From positions 1 through 36,865 of IMG/VR virus record IMGVR_UViG_3300033406_000395: a stretch of 36,865 nucleotides of DNA; one strand, written 5' to 3'. Positions 36,248 through 36,865 of this stretch are shown in pieces. This DNA is from a virus. Taxonomy: Duplodnaviria; Caudoviricetes. Position 1 is the first letter of the stretch, and each line of letters opens with the position of its first letter. The notes beneath the pieces are model-generated. The model was given only the letters and a program-made list of their open reading frames with translations. It did no database searches and was not told the DNA's origin. The position numbers and the translations under genes are program-made.

Positions 36248-36865
36248 GTGCTTCCAGCACGAGTGAGTCAAAAGCCAATTATCCAATCAAATAAAAAGGC
36301 GTTGGTACTATCAGCAGCTACCACAGGAGACCTTCCCAAGTATTATAATGCAAGGGAAATGAAGATGATCCTGTGCGATGGGCTGCGTGACAAGCAATAC
36401 AACGCCTTTTTTTTATGCCTGTTCCTTTGGCGGACCGGTTGCCGCATTTCGGAAGCTTTGAATGTGACCGTCGCCGATCTTGATCTAACTAACAAAGTTG
36501 TGCGGGTTCACACATTGAAGCGTAAAGGCCATGTTCGCTTCATTCCGCTCCAAACGGAGTTTATCGGGGAGATTGCGATTTGGATTAACCAGCAGCGTTT
36601 GGGACGCGCTGACAAACTGTTCGACATCGATCGTAAGACTGGATACAACTGGGTAGCCTATGCCTGTAAAAACGCTTTTACCGGCGACGAAAGAAATCAT
36701 CCGCATACCTTCCGCCATAGCTTTGCTGTTAACTGTCTGACGCAAGGTGTACCGATCACAACAGTGCAGAATTGGCTCGGACATGCTGACCTGGGGAAGA
36801 CACTGATCTATACTCAGTTGGTAGCTGCGGATACTAGAGTATTTATGGATGGAATAAAATTTTAG
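36248..36865 (+). CDS. Short tyrosine recombinase (catalytic domain only; resolvase/invertase-like)
   Basis: WRTGCRISE, TLKR, HTFRH, LGH, TLIY; start 36233 or 36248. Confidence 0.93.
   Translation: MLPARVSQKPIIQSNKKALVLSAATTGDLPKYYNAREMKMILCDGLRDKQYNAFFLCLFLWRTGCRISEALNVTVADLDLTNKVVRVHTLKRKGHVRFIPLQTEFIGEIAIWINQQRLGRADKLFDIDRKTGYNWVAYACKNAFTGDERNHPHTFRHSFAVNCLTQGVPITTVQNWLGHADLGKTLIYTQLVAADTRVFMDGIKF

Larger units (their letters stand above)
1..36865 (+). mobile_element. Prophage (contractile-tailed, SPP1-type head, PBSX/Xkd-type tail); boundaries and att sites not visible in window
   Basis: Terminase-portal-scaffold-capsid-neck-sheath-tube-TMP-baseplate gene order, plus integrase, sigma factor, endolysin and holin-like genes. 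Confidence 0.93.

Noticed and set aside
1-36865. tRNA, rRNA, IS elements and att direct repeats
   Set aside because: None recognised by eye; the window starts and ends at the recombinase ORF limits, so att sites probably lie outside

Overview
The whole window looks like a ~37 kb temperate myovirus-type prophage of a Bacillota host. A diderm Negativicutes-like host is inferred from gene content and is not proven. It is bracketed by two different tyrosine recombinase genes. Gene order: integrase, a displaced amidase endolysin, a promoter-driven structured non-coding region, a plasmid-like RHH + RepL-like module, early hypotheticals and nucleases, a phage sigma factor, a cassette of one small and two large paralogous repeat/adhesin-like proteins, PBSX-type terminase, SPP1-type portal, a repeat-rich insert with an HTH gene where a minor-head gene is usually found, scaffold/capsid/neck genes, an Xkd-like contractile tail and baseplate, holin-region membrane genes, morons and a second short recombinase. 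The strongest signals are: (1) an exact TTTTACC-N11-TTGTTGATATAG motif before three late modules, a candidate promoter for the phage sigma factor; (2) a ~310-nt candidate structured RNA with its own sigmaA promoter; (3) a candidate new single-protein spanin with an N-terminal TM helix and four C-terminal beta-strands ending in Phe; (4) an iteron-like array with a perfect 22-bp inverted repeat and a direct-repeat-flanked, Lys-poor HTH gene; (5) a dispersed GTCCA-N5-TGGAC palindrome family. Family assignments were made by eye from motifs and synteny, with no database searches.
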